Assembly: GCF_006345805.1 (NCBI RefSeq)
Contig: NC_043014.1
Location: 31,124,001-31,188,000 of the forward strand
Direction: 5' to 3'
From: Octopus sinensis
Lineage: Eukaryota
Length of the DNA stretch: 64,000 nucleotides
In this document: one piece after another, positions 12,643-24,757 of the stretch
Numbering within the stretch: the stretch's first letter is position 1
Layout of the letters: the number at the start of each line of letters is the position of its first letter
Program-made: the position numbers and the translations under genes
The notes under the pieces: generated by a model
Told to the model about the DNA's origin: nothing
Database searches by the model: none
The model's input: only the letters and a program-made list of their open reading frames with translations

Positions 12643-13140
12643 ATTATTATTATTATTATTCTATGTTTGACTTTTGCTTTATGTTTGTACAAGTTGGCTC
12701 CAAGTCTCACCCAGAGACCTCAAGAGACAACAGGTTGGAAGTTCACGTTGTTGTTATGCCTAGTGTGCCATATATATATATATATTTTTTTTTTTTGGTG
12801 TTGTACTAGTGAATGTCTAATAAATAAATTTTAAAAAAAAAGTTTGTTTTAAATCTTGAGATTACATAGAGAATATTTTGCATAGGATATGAGCAGTTCC
12901 CATGGGCACTATCTTTTGAATTTCTGCCATTTTGGGGTTTCCTGGTATCTGAGTTAGGTAGCAATCAGCCCCTTTCGCTATCATTCCCAGGGCACCTATG
13001 ACAACAGGTATTGTTTTAGTCTTCAGGTTCCACATTTTGCTGATTTTTATTTCAAGATCTTTATATTTGCTCAGTTTTTGGTAGGTCTTGACAGATACGT
13101 TTATATGGATTGGGACAGTCATATCAATGAGGAGGCATGT
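12643..13140 (-). mobile_element. R4/Dong-like RLE-type non-LTR retrotransposon 3' end with (TAA)n tail
   Basis: CLLIDMTVP...KLSKYKDLEIKISKMWNLKTKTIPVVIGALG...IQKIVPMGTAHIL (ORF 12862-13122); 3' UTR ends at (att)6 12643-12660. Confidence 0.9.
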
Positions 13141-13358
13141 TCTTTAGTGTTCAGATTATTCTATCAAACATAATGCCTATTGATTCCCATTGATTTGAAT
13201 TAATCATGCATTATCTCATATCTTCAAGATCTTGATGGTGTAATTACTTAATGTAGAATAACATTGTAGGGTAGGTGTGAGAGCCTGGATCTGGTCAGTT
13301 AGAACATAAAACAGATTAGCTATTTTGGCCGGATATGGCCGGTTTAAATACTAAAGGG
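13141..13358. mobile_element. TTAA-flanked MITE (piggyBac-like CCCTTT ends)
   Basis: Ends in aatactaaaggg|ttaa; related copies at 31150, 38420, 56299 and 56554. Confidence 0.75.
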
Positions 13359-13364
13359 TTAAAC

Positions 13365-13612
13365 AAAGCTCAGGTTTGGTCTTATTCCTGGTAGGATTTT
13401 ATGTGGGTAGTGGGTTACTACCTGTAATCTTAGGTATCCACACGTTTTCAGCAATCTTTTAAGTGCTTAGAACCTCCTAATAATCCTTGCTGTTCCTAAG
13501 AAGCAAAATTTCTGTAGAATCTCTACCAGGCATTTTATTTCAATCTCCTTCAGCCGTTTGTCTATATCTTAGCTTACTGTTCCCAATGCACCAATTATTA
13601 TAGGCATGACCT
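13365..13612 (-). mobile_element. Second R4/Dong-like RLE C-terminal fragment (different subfamily)
   Basis: KVMPIIIGALGTVS*DIDKRLKEIEIKCLVEILQKFCFLGTARIIRRF*. Confidence 0.8.
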
Positions 13613-13960
13613 TTATTTATTTATTTGTTGTTGTTGTAGTTGAAGACATCATACAGTATCCAATATTGCAATGCTGTAAGATTGAAGATACTGTGTCTAC
13701 TTGAGGTTTGTACTGTCTGTCAAATCACAAGGACTGCAGACAGACAGTACTTTATGCAGTTCCAAGTAAAGCTGATTTTTGCAATACACCAAGATTGTAG
13801 AGTATCTCTAAAATGTCCAGATGTTTCTTCATGTTGGGTGGTATTGATCCCAATCTTCCAATGAGAACAGGAACAAACTTTCATTATCTTTATTATTTCA
13901 CTAATCATATTTTTTGCATACTTTTACTGTACAAGCCTGTGAATCTCTGTGTTATAGGTA
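13613..13960 (-). mobile_element. Third R4/Dong-like RLE C-terminal fragment
   Basis: KYAKNMISEIIKIMK, then frameshift to FVPVLIGRLGSIPPNMKKHLDILEILYNLGVLQKSALLGTA*. Confidence 0.75.
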
Positions 13961-14260
13961 TCTAGTGTTTTGTTTCTATTCCATTGTGCTATTTTGTGTA
14001 TGTTGTGTGTGTGTAAGTCTTGGGGTTTGGGGTTATGTTTTTGTCTGTATTTTCTTAAGTCATTCCCAAGGTACCTGTTTTTATGGGGATTGTTTCTGTT
14101 TTCAATCTTCACATTCTGGTTATTTCTGTTTCCAGGTCTTTATATTTGGTGAATTTCTTCATTTCTTTTGGATATTGAGACTGGTAATTGGATCAAAAGT
14201 CATTGCTCTTTCCTACTGGTCCTTGACAGCAATATCAGTGTTTTTGTGAACCCTTTAGTG
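13961..14260 (-). mobile_element. Fourth R4/Dong-like RLE C-terminal fragment (same subfamily as 29369-29704)
   Basis: KFTKYKDLETEITRM*RLKTETIPIKTGTLGMT. Confidence 0.75.
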
Positions 14261-15496
14261 GTTAATAAAGAAAACATTAATAGTCTCATTATCAAGTGCT
14301 AAATAGAATATCTTGTGGTATTTAGTTATGCCCATCAACAATATGAGTGTAAAACTTGTCAAGATCAAATTTTATTTCCCATTTTTTTCAAGGTCAGTAA
14401 AATGCATACCGTTGAAGTATCACTGGATTAATTTACTCAAATAATCCCACACCTTCCCAATTTTTGTTCCTGTTAATTCATCTTAAAATGGTTTAGAACT
14501 CTGGTACTGTATTTTCTGTAAACTTAAACTATGTATATGAAGAGGTAGGAGCAAGAGAGAGAGAGAGAGAGAGATGTGACTATGATGGTAAATTAAATGG
14601 TGGTAGTAAGGAAGAAAAGAAGGTGAAGGACAGTGAAGTGGAAGTGAATGTCAGCCACAGAAGTATTTAAAAGTACTAATCTGAAAACAAAAGCATGATT
14701 GTAGGTAAACTGGAATTGGTAGATAAATGCTTTCCTGTCATCTCTACTCTACGTCATATACATGTTTTTCAAAAAAAATTTTTTTTATATGCAGTACACA
14801 AAATATTCAAAATTAAAATGATACCTCACAGACTGCAAGTATTTTCACAACTGGCTTTGTCTCCTGTCTTGATTTTAAAAGCTTCACTCTGTTCTGCACT
14901 TGAGGATGTGTGTAGACATATACAGATGTACAATATATATTTATAATATTTATCAAAATAAACCCATAGCAGAACCTCCATGTGCTTGCTTTCTCTGCAA
15001 GAATTAGTGGCCAAATCTTTCTCAAAATATAATCCCATTTTTTTAAAACCAAAAAGGCAGTATATATTAGCCACTCTTTGAATCTCTTTGGTCATAGGTC
15101 TGTTGGATGGGGGTCTGGCCTGGAGCTAAACAACAACATATAAGATCTTAAAAATAGTGGCCATATTGTATATTCATCCCCTGCTCTAGTAAAACAAATT
15201 GGATCAGTAAGTTACTTAACCTCCTTATGATCCAAGAGATGCATTGATAAGTGATGAGTTTTACTGCTCTTAGGAGAAACTGAATTTTCATGGCTTTCCA
15301 AAAGCATCATCAACATAAAGTGAAATAAGGGCAACAAGGAGCTGAAACCAAAGTCAGAGTCTTGCTTTACTGTGAACTCACCTTCTTCTGAACAGTGTAT
15401 CAATGACAAAAGTACATAACAAAGCAAAGTTTATGTCTTTTGGAGTTGGCTTGTTTTATTTCTCATTTATTTAATAATAATATAGTACTTATAATT

Positions 15497-16215
15497 ATTT
15501 CAAATTTTGGCACAAGGTCAGCGACTTTAGGAGATTAGTGGGTTATGTTGGCCCTTGTATTTCACTGGTAAAGTATTTTATCATCCCCAAAAGGGTGAAG
15601 CATAAAGTTGACTTAAGCACTGTTTGAACTGAGAATGTAAAGAGTTGCAATAAATGGTACTAAGCATTTTGTAGTAGTAGTAGTAATAGCAATAGCAACA
15701 GTAAACTACAGGCATAAGACCTGAAATTTTGAAGGAGGTGTCTAGTTGATTTCATGGACCCCAGTGTTCAACTGGTACTTATTTTATTGACCCCAAAAGG
15801 ATGAAAGGCAAAGTTGACTTCAATGACATTTGATCTGCTATAGGCACAAGGCCAGAAATTTTGGGAGAGGGGGGCCCAGTTGATTACATCAACTCCAGTG
15901 CGTAACTGGTACTTATTTCACTGACCCCTCCTCCTCTCCAAAAGGAAGAAATGCGAAGTCAACCTCAGTGGAATTTGAACTCAGAGCATAATGACAGATG
16001 AAATGTTACTAAGCATTTTACCTGGCATGCTAACAATTCTACCAGCTTGCCATAATGATAATAGCAATAATGGTTTCAAATTTTGCCACAAGGGCAGCAA
16101 TTTGGTGGGAGCGGAGGAGTTGATTACATCAACCCTGAAAGGATGAATGGCAAAGTCAACCTTGGCGGAATTTGAACCGCTAAGCATTTCATTCAGCGTG
16201 CTAATGATTCTGCCA
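15497..16215 (-). mobile_element. Stack of four family-B tRNA-derived SINEs (about 15497-15670, 15706-15835, 15836-16048, 16072-16215)
   Basis: Each is a reverse-complement match to 60949-61160. Confidence 0.8.
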
Positions 16216-17050
16216 TCTATATAATAATAGTAATAATAATAACAATAGGTTGGGGTTTTATGAGGTTGTACTTTATTGCTGGATGCCATTCCTGGTGCCT
16301 ACTCTTTACCTCTTACAACAAGCAGGGTTATTCACACACACACACACACGCACACTCGTTTGGTCTAATAAATTCAAAAGAGTTCTCAGTTAAGTTAAAA
16401 CACATTTATTTGTATAAATTTGGTGGTTCACTCTGTTTGCTGCTCAGTGTTTCTCACCTGATAGGATCCTCCATTCAGCAATAAATATTTTTGTTGTCAC
16501 CTGAATGATCACGTTAAGTGAAAAGTTCCAAATAATTGCAACTTCAGTCACTAGCTTCAAACACACACACAGGTCAAATCAGCCTCTTGCTGCTCTGAGT
16601 CTTGGGTACCCAAGATCTCCAGGCAAGTTCTGACTTGTGCAATTTATGTCATAACCTTCCTGAATACTCTATGTACCCATGGGTACAGAGTAGCAAGAAA
16701 CTAACTTGACCAGAATAAAATGTTTTTAATCTCTATGGTATTGAGTACTATTTTTGCGGCTATCAAAACTAAAGGGGTATATGTATATAATGGTCACATG
16801 CATTGGACACACCCATAAATATATATCTCACATACACTCACCAACAAGACATACAAAGATTAAAAAGAAAAGTGTTAACTGGGAGAAAGAATTGTGAAAT
16901 AAATCCATTGACATTTAGCTTCTCCATATATTTCACACAAGGTGTGCAACTGAGAAGTCAGCAGCATTTGCCTCGTACCAGAAGTGCATTATACATAAGT
17001 GCAATATAAAACTGTAAATGCATTATCTGGTATGTGAGAAAATGTGGCCT

Positions 17051-18030
17051 AAACACCTGTTGTACACCATCTTGCTGATTTAGCTATCACAGTCAACAAA
17101 CACTTGTTGTACAGCGTCTCTCTGATAAAGCTATCACAGCCCACAAATACTTGTTGCACATCATTTCTCACAATTAACAAACACCTGTAGTACATGTTTT
17201 CATGGATGTAGCTTTTGCAGTAGACTTACACCTGTTGCATACTATCTCATTATGTAGCTATCACATCTAACAAGCACCTGTTGTATACCATTTCATTGAT
17301 ATAGCTACAACAGTTGACAAACACCTGCTGTGTACCATTTCATTGATGTAGCTACAACAGTTGACAAACACCTGTTGTATAACATTTCATTGATGTAGCT
17401 ACAACAGTTGACAAACACCTGTTGTATACCATTTCATTGATGTAGCTACAACAGTTGACAAACACCTGTTGTATAACATTTCATTGATATAGCTACAACA
17501 GTTGACAAACACCTGTTGTATAACATTTCATTGATGTAGCTACAACAGTTGACAAACACCTGTTGTATAACATTTCATTGATATAGCTACAACAGTTGAC
17601 AAACACCTGTTGTATAACATTTCATTGATATAGCTACAACAGTTGACAAACATCTGTTGTATATCATCTTTCTGATGTAGCTATCATGGTTAACACTTAT
17701 TGTATGCTATCCCATTTATGTAGCTTTCACAATTGACAGACACTTGTTATACACCATCTTGCTGATATAGCTATGACAGGTAACAAACACCTGTTGTACA
17801 CCATCTTGCTGATCTAGCTATGACAGTTGACAATCACCTGTTGTGCACCATCTCATTGATGTAGCTTTCACAATTAACAAATATCTCTTGTATACCATCT
17901 CGCTGATATAGCTACAGCAGGTAACAAACACTTGTTGTCCACCATCTTTCTGTAGCTGTCACATTTGATAACCACCTGTCATACACTATTTCTCTGATGT
18001 AACTATCACAGTTAGTAAACACCTCTTGTA
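17051..18030. repeat. 47-bp minisatellite, about 21 units
   Basis: Unit ttgtataacatttcattgatgtagctacaacagttgacaaacacctg; period of 47 measured between 17281 and 17328; central units nearly identical, edges diverged. Confidence 0.92.
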
Positions 18031-18559
18031 CATACAACAACCAATAATTAGTAACATTGGCACTGCACTTCATAATATGGTAGTTAGAGATTTGGTTCTC
18101 TAATTCAGTTGTTGTTTAGTCTCCTAGTAGTTTTGCTTGAGCTGTATTAAACTATGATCAAAGTCATTCCAACCATGACTATCTTGTCATTTTTTTTTTA
18201 CCTTGTGACAAATTGTTTTTAGGACTGCACTATTGGATGTCTTTTTTTTTTGTATGATTATCTTACAATTTCAAGAAAAACGTATCTACTATTTCTAACA
18301 GGTAGAGTGACTTGATAGAAGTGCCCACAATGGCTTAATCTCTCTCTTTTAGTAACATGCAATGGTACAACCATTTCATATGATATTTATATGGGTTGGA
18401 TTGCCCATGTTCAGTCCACTGCAGGATGAGTATCTCAGCTTGTTCTCTCCACCAATGATGGTCTGATGTGCAGGTTTCATGAGCCTACTTTGCCACACTG
18501 GCTCAACATGGTTTGGCAGAGGGATGCAGTTTTTTTTTCTTTTTCTATGCTCATACCCG

Positions 18560-18735
18560 GGGATAGTTAAGTTGATTACATTGAGCCTTGTGTTTAACTG
18601 GTACTTATTTTATTGACTCCCATTAGGAAGAAAAGCAAAGTCGACATTGGTGAAATTTGCGCTCAGAATTTATGGATGGAAGAAATACTGCTAAGCATTT
18701 CACTCAGCTTGCTAATGATTCTGCTAGCTCTCTGC
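18560..18735 (-). mobile_element. Family-B SINE
   Basis: Reverse-complement match to 60949-61160. Confidence 0.7.
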
Positions 18736-19314
18736 TGTCGTATATCTATATGTATGTGTGTGTGTGTGTATAAAGCTCTGATGAAACTAAGAGGTTCATA
18801 TGAGAACTCTGCTCTGAGTGCAATATTTCTTATAGCAGAAACAGGTGTGAGCTAATGAAAGTGATAACATAACACCTGTACTTTTGTCATTAATTTATGT
18901 GTGTGTGTTTTATAAATGCATAAATTTTATGAATAGGAGAGGAGCATAATTCAAAACCAGCGCTCAGAACATGCAATATAACATATAATTTTAGTGAGAA
19001 CAATATTTTAAGGACTGTAAACTCATTTCACTATGCACATAATTTTTCACTGAAATACTATGGAAATAGGGATGCAAGTTTGCAATCCACAAGATGAAGT
19101 AAATGGTGTGTGTGTGTAAAATTAATTGACCAGTTGGTAAAATTATCAACTTGATTAATCAATATCAACTCTGGAAAATTAGCCAGACCAGTGCCACCTC
19201 TTCATACCAAAAATCTCAATTGAGCAATGCAGCATGATTACCTTGCTTGGGTTTTAGTTACATTGTCTTCCACTTGTTGAAATATCTCATCTATGCATGT
19301 CATGACAAAAAATG

Positions 19315-19530
19315 ATGTTTGTTTCAAATTTTGGCTCAATGCCAGCAAGTTCAGGGGAGGGTGTAAGTCGATTACATTGACTCCAATATTCAACTGGTAC
19401 TTATTTTCTTGACCCTAAAATGATGAAAGGTAAAGTTCACCTCAACAGAATTTGGACTTAGAATGTAAAGACAGACGAAATGCTACTACTAAGCATTCTG
19501 CCTGGTGTACTAATGATTCTGCCAGCTTAC
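19315..19530 (-). mobile_element. Family-B SINE
   Basis: Reverse-complement match to 60949-61160. Confidence 0.75.
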
Positions 19531-19663
19531 TGCCTTATGACAGCAGATGATATTACTAGTTTACTAACTGACAGGCTGATCTGGTCATTGACAGTTTGTT
19601 GTCTATTCATCTGCTCAGCATCTTGTGATATCTGCCAGTCATTCACTGAAATAGTCCAGATCC
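19495..19663 (+). repeat. Left arm of a 169-bp inverted duplication (partner 24513-24681)
   Basis: By-eye alignment gives 9 mismatches in 169 bp and no gaps. Confidence 0.92.
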
Positions 19664-19814
19664 CATGAGTTCAACAACATACCCTGGGTTGAGTGGTTAC
19701 ATGCTATTTAACTCATAGCTGGGATCCTGACAGGTACCACTATCCTGGGAACAGTGGTGGGTAAGAGATGGTTCCATACTCCTTGAAACCTAGGATTTTA
19801 CTGAAAGCTAATAA

Positions 19815-20035
19815 TCCTTTCTACTATAGGCACAAAGCCTGAAATTTTAGGGAGGAGGATAGTCCCAGTACATCAGTCCCAGTACTCAGCTGGTACTTCT
19901 TTTATTGACCCCGAAAGGATGAAAGGCAAAGTTAACCTAGATGGAATCTAAACTCAGAACATGAAGACAGATGAAATACCACTAAGCATTTCTCCTGGTG
20001 TTCTAACAATTCTACCAGCTCGCCATCTTGAGTGC
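19815..20035 (-). mobile_element. Family-B SINE
   Basis: Reverse-complement match to 60949-61160. Confidence 0.78.
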
Positions 20036-20354
20036 TAATAATGATAACAATACAAAAAATAGTCAGTTGAAATTTTGCACAGACATACTGAAAAACTTCC
20101 TTCAAACACAGCAATGTAAGCTACTGGTCTTTGAGTGTCTTAGTCTGAGCCCCATGAAGCACCTCCTTTAGTCAAACAAATCAACCCTAAAACTTATTCT
20201 TTGTAAGCCTAGTACTTATTCTGTTGGCCACTTTTGCTGAACCACCAAGTTATGGGGACGCAAATACACAAACATATATGGAAAATCGATGTGTGTTTGT
20301 TTGTGACATTGTTAGCTAACTCCTCCTACATTGTTTTATTGATTTTGATGAAAC

Positions 20355-21350
20355 TTGACACATGAATAGAACTCGTGTCTAGAAACCTTGTGATATACTT
20401 AGATTGTTGAAAAAAATCAATAATATGGCCCCAGGAAGGGATCTTTATATCTACCTCATACAACTAATTTTTTGTTAAACACCCAAGGGAAATACCCCAT
20501 GGCACCTGCACAATATATTTTTTAAACTCTCAAGGGAAATAATCCATCGCACCTGCACTTACAGTTGTTAGTTTTTAGCAATGCGATCAATATTTGATTC
20601 TCACGATCAGCAGACGTATTTCTGCATTTCACTACGCAAAGTTTTCAACTGCTAAACCATATTATTGCATTTTCTTGATGCATGTACACTTTCAATATCC
20701 ATAACTCTGATAATTCTGCATTTTTCCAGTTTGAATTTTTCGATAACACTACATATATCTTTGATTCCAGAATGTATTTAATAAGTGTGTCCCAATACAA
20801 TGAACTCATACTTTCAATGTTTAAAATTCTTAAAAAATGAAACCAAATTTCCACACCACACTCAGTTGGGACACCCTGTATCACTTATACTTATTTTACA
20901 AATCATAATATTTATTGCTTATTTACAGTTCATACAACATTTTCATTAAACTAATTGAGCCATCGAATTTAGAAATATTTTACAGGTTTCATTGTTTATG
21001 TTCGATTACTTTGAATATTGATATTTTTTCTGTCCAATTTCTAATTTTTGCAGACAGTATCACTTTTTTACTTTATTTGACATGTAAGTAGAACTCATGT
21101 CTGGAAACCTTGTGACATACTTAGATTGTTGAAAAAAAAAATCAATAATAGGGCTCTTCCAATGGATCCTTCTATCTATTATATATTACTAATATTTTAT
21201 TTAAACAGTCCAAGGGAAATAACCCATACCACCTGCAGTTTTTAGTGAATTGACCCATATTTGATTCTCACGATCAGCCGACCTAATTCTGCATTTCACT
21301 TCTCGGTTTTGAACTGCTAAACATTATTATTGCACTTCCTTGATATATAC
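20355..21350 (+). repeat. Diverged direct repeat pair (about 20355-20689 and 21077-21350)
   Basis: Shared blocks gaaaccttgtga..tacttagattgttgaaaaaaa, caagggaaata..cacctgca and tatttgattctcacgatcagc. Confidence 0.8.
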
Positions 21351-21436
21351 ACACACACACACACACATATATATATATGTATATACATACATATACATTA
21401 TATATATACATATATACATATATATATATACTATAC

Positions 21437-21468
<32 letters not shown>

Positions 21469-21499
21469 TATATATATATAGATATATATATATACATAT

Positions 21500-21550
<51 letters not shown>

Positions 21551-21903
21551 TACATATATATAATATATAATATACATATATATATATATATACATATATA
21601 CATATATATATATATTATACATATATATATATACATACATATATATATACATATATATATATATACATATATATATATACATACATATATATATACATAT
21701 ATATATTACATATACATATATATATTATATATATATACATAATATATATATATACATACATATATATTATATATATATATATATATACATATAATATATA
21801 TACATATACATATATAACATATATATATATACATATTATATATATACATATATCTATATATATATATATACTATATATATATACATATATATATTATATA
21901 TAT

Positions 21904-21984
<81 letters not shown>

Positions 21985-22141
21985 CATACATATATATATA
22001 TATATATATAACATACATATATATATAATATATATACATACATATATATATATATAATATACATATATATATATACATACATATATATACATATATACAT
22101 ATATATATATTACATATATATATATATATATATATACATTA

Positions 22142-22210
<69 letters not shown>

Positions 22211-22239
22211 CATATATATATATATTATATATATATAAC

Positions 22240-22290
<51 letters not shown>

Positions 22291-22294
22291 ACAT

Positions 22295-22330
<36 letters not shown>

Positions 22331-22333
22331 CAT
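21345..22333. repeat. About 1 kb (TA)n/(TATACA)n compound microsatellite
   Basis: Directly visible. Confidence 0.97.
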
Positions 22334-22552
22334 ATCATCATCATCATCGTTTAACGTCCGTTCTCCATGCTAGCATGGGTTGGACGGTTCGACCGGGGAT
22401 CTGGAAAGCCAGAAGGCTGCACCAGGCTCCAGTCTTATCTGGCAGTGTTTCTATAGCTGGATGCCCTTCCTAACGCCAACCACTCCGTGAGTGTAGTGGG
22501 TGCTTTTCACGTGCCACTGCACAGGTGCCAGGCGAGGCTGGCAACGGCCACG

Positions 22553-22555
<3 letters not shown>
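22334..22555 (-). mobile_element. Young RTE-type 3' tail copy embedded in the TA array
   Basis: (CAT)5 cgtttaacgtcc... is the reverse complement of the 25430-25591 tail; many CpGs retained. Confidence 0.85.
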
Positions 22556-22650
<95 letters not shown>

Positions 22651-22692
22651 ATATACATATATTATATATATATATATACATATACATATACA

Positions 22693-22723
<31 letters not shown>

Positions 22724-22734
22724 CATATATATAC

Positions 22735-22804
<70 letters not shown>

Positions 22805-22814
22805 TATATATACA

Positions 22815-22881
<67 letters not shown>

Positions 22882-22970
22882 CATATATATACATATACAT
22901 ATATATACATATACATATATATATACATATACTATATATACATATATACATATATATAATATACATATAC

Positions 22971-23001
<31 letters not shown>

Positions 23002-23504
23002 ACATATATATACATATACATATATATATAATATACATATATATACATATATATACATATACATATATATACATATACATATATATAATATATAATATAT
23101 ATACATATATATACATATACATATACATATACATATAATATACATATATATTACATATATATATATATATATATACATATATATATACATATATACATAT
23201 ATATATACATATACATATATAATACATATACATATATATATACATATACATATATATATACATATATATATATATATAATATATATATATACATATATAT
23301 ATACACATAATATATATATATACATATTATATATATACATACATATATATACACATATATATATATACACATACATATATATACACATACATATATATAC
23401 ACATATATATATACACATACATATATATATACATATATATATATACACATATATATATATACACATATATATATATACACATATATATATACACATATAT
23501 ATAT

Positions 23505-23573
<69 letters not shown>

Positions 23574-23576
23574 CAC

Positions 23577-23614
<38 letters not shown>

Positions 23615-23642
23615 ATATATATACACATATATATATATACAC

Positions 23643-23673
<31 letters not shown>

Positions 23674-23792
23674 CACATATATATATATATATATACACAT
23701 ATATATATATATACATTATATATATACACAATATATATATACACATATATATATATATACACATATATATATATATATACATATATATATAT

Positions 23793-23823
<31 letters not shown>

Positions 23824-24144
23824 ATATATATACACATATATATATATACACATATATATATATATATAATACACATATATATACACATATATATATATAT
23901 AACACATATATATATACACACATATATATATATACACATATATATATTATATATACACATATATATATAATACACATATATATATATACACATATATATA
24001 TATACACATATATATATACACACATATATATATATATACACTATATATATATACACTATATATATATATAACACATATATATATATACCCATATATATAT
24101 ATACACATATATATATATATATACACATATATATATATATACAC

Positions 24145-24175
<31 letters not shown>

Positions 24176-24225
24176 TATATATATATACACATATATATAT
24201 ATATACACACATATATATATACATG
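22556..24225. repeat. About 1.7 kb (TA)n/(TATACA)n/(TATATACACA)n compound microsatellite
   Basis: Directly visible; source of the spurious Y/I/M/C-rich ORFs. Confidence 0.97.
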
Positions 24226-24512
24226 TGTGTGTGTCTATATGAGTTAGAGGTTAAGCAACCACCGAAGGGATAATAAATATCCAAGTGCCTACTATTCCAG
24301 GGCAGTATTGCAATTGAATAACAGGTATGAGTGGGGGTAAAAAAATAATAAATTTACCCAGAATTTATAAGGCAAATAAGAAAATGGAGAGGATAATCAA
24401 TCGACAAACATCAGCCTGTAAAAATTCATTTGGATCTATTTATTAATTAATTACAATCATGTGTATGATTAGTCAAAATAAACAAATAAATAAATAGATA
24501 AATAAAAACGGT

Positions 24513-24681
24513 GGATGTGGACTATTTCAGTGAATGACTGGCAGATATCACAAGATGCTGAGAAGATGAACAGACAACAAACTGTCAATGACCAGATTAG
24601 CCTGTCAATTAGTAAACTAGTAATATCATCTGTCGTCATAAGGCAGTAAGCTAGCAGAATCATTAGTACACCAGGTAGAAT
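24513..24681 (-). repeat. Right arm of the 169-bp inverted duplication (partner 19495-19663)
   Basis: Reverse-complement match to the left arm. Confidence 0.92.
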
Positions 24682-24690
24682 ATATATATG

Positions 24691-24732
<42 letters not shown>

Positions 24733-24757
24733 AATATATACACACACACACATATGT

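Noticed and set aside
15380-15393. Possible 6-nt minus-strand microexon (cag|AAGAAG|gtgagt)
   Set aside because: Splice-like words alone are common; there is no gene context or read evidence
17051-18030. CRISPR-like array of palindromic repeats
   Set aside because: The sequence between hairpins is conserved rather than unique spacers, there are no cas genes, and the context is eukaryotic; it is a minisatellite
21327-24284. Long ORFs of up to 397 aa rich in Y, I, M and C
   Set aside because: These are translations of (TA)/(CA) microsatellites, which lack stop codons; the same applies to 48051-48681 and 39175-39741
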